A stretch of DNA of 64,000 nucleotides from Eledone cirrhosa (Eukaryota), in the NCBI GenBank assembly GCA_964016885.1, contig CAXHJY010000270.1, positions 62,001-126,000 on the forward strand, given 5' to 3'. Below the pieces are notes generated by a model, which saw nothing but the letters and a program-made list of their open reading frames with translations, ran no database searches and was not told the DNA's origin. The position numbers were made by a program, and so were the translations under genes. Positions 54,676 through 64,000 of this stretch are shown here, piece after piece; positions within the stretch are counted from its first letter, which is position 1, and the number at the start of each line of letters is the position of its first letter.

Positions 54676-55112
54676 TATTAGAATATAAACATTGATTTAC
54701 TTACAGTAGTGTCCTCACTCTTGGCTGTTATTACTGTAACATTTTAATTGGACCCACTGGTCATCTGATATCTATTGTAATTCAGCAACGTTCGTGGCGC
54801 ATCCTTTGGTCGTTCTACCCATTAGTTATCCTTAGGTAGCTATCATGATTCAGTAAATTTCAGGACGCAATATTTCCGTCGTTCTGCCCATTGGCCATCC
54901 TCTGGGGGTGTATATATCGTATTCCTTAAGTTTCTCGTTACAAAATTTCCGTTGGTCCTTCCAGTGAATTTCTTTCGTGAAATATCGCATTCTATAATGT
55001 TTTCCAACCATGGGAGTAGATTGTATTGATTTCGTTATCAATTTCGCTACCCAACTCATGTAAATCACATTATAGACGAGAGTACAATTACCACTGTCTA
55101 CATAACTCGAAT

Positions 55113-55395
55113 AGGGGGCGAATTGGTAGAGTCGTTAAGACGTCGGATAGAATGCTTTACGGTATTGGTCCCATTTCATTGCGCGCTGTGTTCAATCCCG
55201 CCGGGGTCAACTTTGCATTTCATTATTTCGAGGTAGATAAAAAAAGTACCAGTACAGTACTGGGGTCAATTGTTCCTCTAGAGAAATAATCGGCTGTTTA
55301 CAGACCTAGAGAGGGCTGGGCGCCACCAGGTTTAAAAAATTGCCCTAGACACGCCGTTTGACGGTAGCTTTACGACTCTACAAGGAGTTGTGGAA
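55113..55395 (+). mobile_element. tRNA-derived SINE, unexpanded relative of 39990-42225
   Basis: GGCGAATTGGTAGAGTCGTTAAGACGTCGGATAGAATG head; shared tail. Confidence 0.85.
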
Positions 55396-55679
55396 TTTTA
55401 TTCTTTTATCCTATATCTTTCTCGACTCCTGTTCTTCTCCAGAAGAAACCTGCCGTGTTCAGACACGGAAAGGTTGGGACTCCACCAGATTTTAAACGCC
55501 CAAGAAACCCTGTACTCCATTATGGGGCCTTTACGACTTCATCAAGATTTACGGTACCATACCAAATCATATATAACTTAAACATGACACCGCAACGCAG
55601 AATATTCTAACACACGTTACATATGTTCTGCTCCATCAACGAAACAACACGATACAAGCGGAATCAACGAACAAACCAA

Positions 55680-56268
55680 TACATCGACTCCGTAGGGTTG
55701 ACAAGCAAAGCTAACCTCGACAGGATTTGGACTCAGAACCTAAAGGCGATTTAGATACAAAGTCAACCATTTTGGGTGAGAGGAAATTCGATTAAATCGA
55801 CCCAATCCGTTATTGGTAATTTATTGTATTGTCCCTGTAAGGATGAAAGGCAAAGCAAACCTTTGCGGGATTTGAACTCGGAACGTAAAGGCACGTAACT
55901 ACATCCCACAAAGCATGTCGTCCGACGCTCTACCAATTTCTGCCTAGCCAACGCCCTGTGAAAACATAATAATGATTTCTACTTTAGGAACAAGGCCGGC
56001 AATTAGGAGGGAGAGGAAAGTAACAACAACAACGTTAGCACAAATGACTGTTTATATTTTTGGCACAAGGCCAGCAATTTAAAGGTAAAGGCAAAGTCGA
56101 ATATATCGACCCAGTGTATTACTGGTGCTTTATTTTATCGACCTCGTAAGGATGAAAGGCAAGGCCAACCTTGGCAGGATTTGAACTCAGAATGTAAAGG
56201 GGCATAACTCTATGCCGCGAAGCAGGGAGTCTGACGCTCTACCGATTACTACCAATCCACCGCCCTTA
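55680..56268 (-). mobile_element. Cluster of about three minus-strand SINE copies
   Basis: Repeated GGATGAAAGGCAA...GGATTTGAACTC.GAA. Confidence 0.85.
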
Positions 56269-56289
56269 TAATAATAATAATAATAATAA

Positions 56290-58690
56290 TAATGTGGTGA
56301 AAAAGAAGTAGAGGAAGAAGAAGAGGAGGATGAAGTTGAAGAATTAATGAAGAGACGTAATTTAAGAAGAGGAAGAAGAAAAATTACTGGAGAAAGAAGA
56401 AAAAGAAAGTAAGAAACAAAGAGTGGTGGAATTAAATGAGGAAGAAGAAACATAATTGGAATAAGAAGGAGATGAAGAAGATGAATTAAAGTGAGATGAA
56501 AAAAGGGATTAAAGAAAAGGAAAGGAGAATTAAAAGAAGAAAGGTAAAAAGAAGAATTAAAAGAAGAAAAGGTAAAAAGGAGAATTAAAAGAAGAAAAGG
56601 TAAAAAGAAGGAGAATTAAAAGAAGAAAATGTAAAAAGGAGAATTAAAAGAAGAAAGGTAAAAAGGAGAATTAAAAGAAGAAAAGGTAAAAAGAAGATTA
56701 AAAGAAGAAAAGGAAAGAAGGAGAATTAAAAGAAGAAAAGGTAAAAAGAAGGAGAATTAAAAGAAGAAAAGGTAAAAAGAAGATTAAAAGAAGAAAAGGA
56801 AAAAAGAAGGAGAATGAAAAGAAGAAAAGGTAAAAAGAAGGAGAATTAAAAGAAGAAGAGGTAAAAAGAAGATTAAAAGTAGAAAAGGAAAAAAGAAGGA
56901 GAATGAAAAGAAGAAAAGGTAAAAAGAAGATTTAACGGAGGTGAATTGAAATTAATAAATCGCCATCAAATCCACCATATTTAGTTATATGATACAAGTT
57001 TTTAATAATTTCACTATCTCTCCTCCCTCCTCTATCTCCCTCTCTCTCCATACCTCTCTCTCCCTCCATCTCTCTCCCTCCATCTCTCTCCCTCCATCTC
57101 TCTCACTATACCTCTCTCTCCCTCCATCTCTCTCACTATACCTCTCTCCCCCCATCTCTCTCACTATACCTATCTCCCTCCATCTCTCTCACTATACCTC
57201 TCTCCCTCCATCTCTCTCTCACTATACCTCTCTCCCTCCATCTCTCTCACTATACCTCTCTCCCTCCATCTCTCTCACTATACCTCTCTCCCTCCATCTC
57301 TCTCACTATATCTCTCTCTCCATCCTTCCCTCTCTCTCCATCCTTCCCTCTCTCACTATCTCTACCTCCCTCCCTCTCTCACCCTCTATCTCTCTCTCTC
57401 TCTCCCTCCGTCACTCACCATCTCTCCATCCCCCTCTCCCTTCACTATCTCTGTCTCTCGCCCTCTCTCACTCACCATCTCTCCATCCCTCTCTCACTCA
57501 CCATCTCTCCATCCCTCTCTCACTCACCATCTCTCTATCTCTCTCTCCCTCCCTCTCTCACTTCACTATCTCTCTCTCTCCCTCCCTCACTCACCATCTC
57601 TCCATCCCTCTCTCCCTCTCTCACTTCACTATATCTCTCTCTCTCTCCCTCCGTCACTCACCATCTCTCCGTCCCTCCGTCTCTCTCACTCTCTCTCTCT
57701 CCATCCCTCCACCTTTCACTCTCTCCATCCCTCCACCTTTCACTCTCTCTCTCTCTCCTTCACCCTCCTCCTTTCACTCTCTCTCTCTCCTTCACCCTCC
57801 TCCTTTCACTCTCTCTCCTTCACCCTCCTCCTCTCCATCCCACCTCCCTCTCTCTCCCACCTCCCTCTCTCCCTCTATCTATCTCTATCCCCCCTCTCTA
57901 TGGTGTCTATAATCTATCATTTTTTTAAATTATCGTTATCTTCGTATTTATTAACACCATCACCAACACCACCATCACCATCATCACCACCATCATCACC
58001 ACCATCACCACCATCATCACCACCATCATCACCATCACCACCAACACCATCACCACCAACACCATCACCACCATCACCATCACCATCATCACCACCACCA
58101 CCATCACCACCATCACCACCATCACCACGATCACCATCACCACCACCACCAGCACCATCACCATCACCACCAACACCATCATCACTATCAAGTTTATCAA
58201 AATCTCCCAATTATCCCCAACTCTCTCTCTCTCCCACCCCCTCTCTCTATCTCCATCTCCCTCCCTCTTTCTCTCTCCATCTCCCTCTCTGTTGTTAGCT
58301 CTCTTGACCCATCTCCTCCTCTCTCTCTTGCCCCCTTCCACCCTCCCTCTCCTTCTCTCCATATCTCTCCCCCCTCTCACCCACACCCTCCCCCTCTCTC
58401 TCACCCTCTCTCCATATCTCTCTCACCCTCTCTCCATATCTCTCTCCCCCCTCTCCCCCCTCTCTCCATATCTCTCTCCCCCCTCTCCCCCCTCTCTCCA
58501 TATCTCTCTCCCCCCTTTCCCCCTCTCTCCATATCTCTCTCCCCCCTTTCCCCCCTCTCTCCATATCTCTCTCCCCCCTCTCTCCATATCTCTCTCCCCC
58601 CTCTCTCCATATCTCTCTCCCCCCTCTCTCCATATCTCTATACCCCTCTCTCCATATCTCTCTCCCCATCTCTCCATATCGCTCTCTATC
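56290..58690. repeat. Low-complexity block: purine-rich AAG minisatellite (to 56935), CT-rich (57010-57900), (CAC/CAT)n (57955-58190), CT-rich (58220-58690)
   Basis: Direct reading. Confidence 0.93.
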
Positions 58691-58942
58691 CAGAACTCTG
58701 CTTTTATTCCTATCAATAACTCTAAATTAAATTTAAAATAAAATAAAATAAATATATTAAAGAAATAGAAAAAACTATTTTTTTAAAATAATTAAAATAA
58801 AAACAAAAAGCTAATCAATATCCGATTTAGCAGGTTTAAATTATCATTAACGCTAAAATTTCATTTTAATTAAAAGCCTCACATCTCATTTTTCCAAAAC
58901 ACACACACACACACACACACACACGCGCGCGCGCACGTGCTG

Positions 58943-64000
<5,058 letters not shown>

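Overview
Eukaryotic, AT-rich, repeat-dominated window. The (TA)n microsatellite load and the tRNA/CORE SINE, RTE, Penelope and Helitron repertoire suggest a cephalopod (Octopus-like) intron or intergenic region; this assignment is an inference. No host protein-coding gene can be supported, and almost all long ORFs in the track are translated microsatellites. Recognisable content: (i) Penelope-like element (PLE) debris, comprising two RT fragments plus several short (TA)n-embedded terminal fragments carrying type I hammerhead ribozyme (HHR) motifs. Several of these fragments are fold-back palindromes, including a perfect 104-bp-arm palindrome that encodes a complete HHR on each strand (26670-26879). 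(ii) A cluster of L1/Tx1-clade LINE 3' ends, always inserted in (TAGA/TATC)n. (iii) RTE 3' ends, a roughly 610-bp bipartite non-autonomous RTE-like family with a C2H2 remnant, and CRE-clade endonuclease fragments. (iv) A Helitron containing a palindrome centred on a Helitron 3'-hairpin/head-to-tail junction. (v) Three large satellites (about 52-56, 29 and 95 bp units) whose parent retroposon segment is visible in the same window. All calls come from reading the sequence by eye; boundaries are approximate unless stated.
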